This document shows, in pieces, positions 62,233-64,000 of a stretch of 64,000 nucleotides of DNA (its first letter is position 1; each line of letters starts with the position of its first letter). Source of the stretch: Promethearchaeota archaeon (lineage in GTDB: Archaea > Asgardarchaeota > Lokiarchaeia > Sigyniarchaeales > SOKP01); contig JAEOUA010000003.1 in assembly GCA_016839555.1 (NCBI GenBank), forward strand, positions 224,001 through 288,000, given 5' to 3'. The translations under genes and the position numbers were made by a program. The notes below the pieces were generated by a model. The model was not told the DNA's origin, ran no database searches, and was given only the letters and a program-made list of their open reading frames with translations.

Positions 62233-62901
62233 TTGGATATTATTTCAATGGTCGGACAAACCATTGCGTATGTGGCTGCTTTTTATGTAGTAATCGTCAT
62301 TATTAGAAAAGATATAAAATATATAGGAAATAAATTATTTGTGATTTCATTTTTATTATTTGGATTATATGCGCTTGTTCTATTCTTATATGAATTCCCA
62401 ATATCAATTATCATTAATGAAATTCTTTTAAGAGGTTCTTTATTAATAGTGGTAATGGGAATCCTTTTTTTTGTACTCTCAATGCAAGTATTTGCCCAGA
62501 GTTCGATATATCTTGAAAAAATTATGAGTAAGCTAATCATTACCGTATCTATAGCCGTTTGCATTATAACTTTCATTTTTCCATATAAAGTTTTACAGAT
62601 TCAACCAGAGATAGAAGCAGATAAAAATATTATTTCTTTGTTAGCTACTGGCATCTTTTCTTTTACTTTAATGATTTATAATTCAATTCAGCTTTATAAT
62701 GTATTAAATGATATAGAAAATGCAAAAGTTCAGATAAGGAAAAAGATCAAGATATTAATAGTTGCCCAATTAATCGGAATATTAAGTCCTACTATGAGTG
62801 TTATTGGAAATATAACTAAAAACTCTTTTATACATGCTCTGATGTTTGTATTTCTTGCTATTCCAATAGTGATTGTTGGATTTATAATTTCAAAGGATTA
62901 A
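62233..62901 (+). CDS. Stand-alone 7-TM membrane protein (HisKA_7TM-like)
   Basis: Seven hydrophobic segments; K...NKLF after TM1; basic RKKIK before TM6; no cytoplasmic domain. Confidence 0.6.
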   Translation: MDIISMVGQTIAYVAAFYVVIVIIRKDIKYIGNKLFVISFLLFGLYALVLFLYEFPISIIINEILLRGSLLIVVMGILFFVLSMQVFAQSSIYLEKIMSKLIITVSIAVCIITFIFPYKVLQIQPEIEADKNIISLLATGIFSFTLMIYNSIQLYNVLNDIENAKVQIRKKIKILIVAQLIGILSPTMSVIGNITKNSFIHALMFVFLAIPIVIVGFIISKD

Positions 62902-62958
62902 AAAAATGAGAATTAAGTTCATAAAGGAGGTTATATCAAAAATAAAATATTTTTTGAA

Positions 62959-63582
62959 TTATTTTATTTCGGATTTAATTAAAGAAAGCACTCTAATTAT
63001 ATTGGTTTTTATTTGATCAAGATTATTACCTTTAGTGAGCCAACTTCCAGCGCAAGCAAGCACATTGTCCAATTTTAAATAATCCAAAAAATTTGTTTCA
63101 TCAATTCCACCCGTGGGGATGAATTTTATATTATTGAATGGTCCAGCTAAAGCCTTTAAAAAGGATGGCCCACCACAAACTTCAGCAGGAAAGAATTTAA
63201 ACACTTCTAAGCCTCTTTCAATTCCCCATTCTACAAGAGTAGGACTATCTATGCCAGGAATTACTACAATATTATTTTTAATACAATAATCAACAACAGT
63301 AGGGTTAAATCCGGGAGATACTATAAATTGTGAACCTGCATTAATCGCTTTATCAACTTGCTTAATGGTTAATACAGTTCCTGCCCCAATAAAGATTTCT
63401 GGAATCTCTTTTTTAATATTTTTGATTGATTTTTCGGCAACCGCTGTCCGAAAGGTAACCTCGATTATGGGAAGACCCGAATTTACTAAAGTTTTTGCTA
63501 AAGGCACAGCAAATTTAGCATCTTGGATTGACACAACTGGTGTAATTTTTAATTTATTTAGAGTATTAAAGACTTCATTCAT
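62959..63582 (-). CDS. eda: KDPG/KHG aldolase
   Basis: IEVTFRT, GAGTV, FIVSPG, FKFFPAE, PTGGI; start placed at ATG 63582. Confidence 0.93.
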   Translation of the reverse strand: MNEVFNTLNKLKITPVVSIQDAKFAVPLAKTLVNSGLPIIEVTFRTAVAEKSIKNIKKEIPEIFIGAGTVLTIKQVDKAINAGSQFIVSPGFNPTVVDYCIKNNIVVIPGIDSPTLVEWGIERGLEVFKFFPAEVCGGPSFLKALAGPFNNIKFIPTGGIDETNFLDYLKLDNVLACAGSWLTKGNNLDQIKTNIIRVLSLIKSEIK

Positions 63583-63671
63583 GGTTTCTAAAAAATGCAA
63601 AAAATATAATTTATATAATTAAATAATGTAACAAATATTAAAAGCAAATTCAAAATATAATATATTTAACC
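63583..63671. promoter_or_regulatory. Divergent promoter region between eda and kdgK
   Basis: Short spacer with TATA-like boxes (tttatata, atataatatattta) between head-to-head genes. Confidence 0.45.
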
Positions 63672-64000
63672 ATGGAAAACTTTAAGATTGTCACATTTGG
63701 CGAAATTATGCTTCGACTTTCTCCGCCAAATTATCAAAGATTTATTCAAGCTCGATCTTTTGATGCTATTTATGGAGGAGGTGAGGCTAATGTTGCTGTA
63801 TCGCTTGGAAATTATGGAATTAAGGTAGATTATGTAACACGATTACCTGATAATGAGTTAGGGGATGCATGTGTTAATTATTTAAGGCAATTTGGGGTTG
63901 GTACTGATAAAATAATTAGAGGGGGTGAAAGGATCGGGATATATTTTCTTGAAAAAGGTGCCTCGATTCGATCAAGTAAAGTAATTTATGATAGAGCCCA
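63672..64000 (+). CDS. kdgK: 2-keto-3-deoxygluconate kinase (PfkB family), N-terminal part (runs off the window end)
   Basis: Manual translation MENFKIVTFGEIMLRLSPP..RF.QA.SFDA.YGGGEANVAVSL...RIGIYFLEKGASIRSSKVIYDRA. Confidence 0.9.
   Translation, partial: MENFKIVTFGEIMLRLSPPNYQRFIQARSFDAIYGGGEANVAVSLGNYGIKVDYVTRLPDNELGDACVNYLRQFGVGTDKIIRGGERIGIYFLEKGASIRSSKVIYDRA

Noticed and set aside
5006-63622. About 30 short ORFs in the track overlapping larger genes (e.g. 9292-9537, 12111-12359, 23100-23477, 45604-45924, 63365-63622)
   Set aside because: Antisense or off-frame shadows of well-supported CDS, with no motifs
1-64000. tRNA, rRNA, CRISPR array, intact IS element or provirus
   Set aside because: No GC-rich structured intergenic segment, regularly spaced repeats, transposase, integrase or capsid gene seen by eye; tRNAscan-SE and Infernal would be needed to exclude small RNAs

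Overview
AT-rich, gene-dense archaeal chromosomal segment. An archaeal TFB, a longin-domain protein, a roadblock protein, a Rab-like small GTPase and T-run terminators point to an Asgard archaeon, most likely Lokiarchaeia/Promethearchaeota; this is inferred from gene content, not from a search. About 55 CDS; no rRNA, tRNA, CRISPR array or intact mobile element was seen. Main blocks: (1) a glycyl radical enzyme with an N-terminal SCP2-like lipid-binding domain, its activase and a crotonase, the best candidate for an undescribed system; (2) a 2-hydroxy/2-oxo-acid region (LarA, GlcD-like, LUD/CCG proteins, four-subunit 2-oxoacid:ferredoxin oxidoreductase) ending in an FrhB-PyrK fusion; (3) a longin plus zinc-ribbon Rab-like GTPase pair; (4) phosphate transport and purine genes; (5) a sulfur/redox/copper stress region with CopA and tandem wHTH paralogs; (6) a putative sugar-acid catabolic cluster ending in eda/kdgK. 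Reading the DNA directly also gave a ferredoxin gene missed by the ORF track (probable ATT start), a probable CTG start for larA, and two gene remnants. All functional calls come from motif recognition only.
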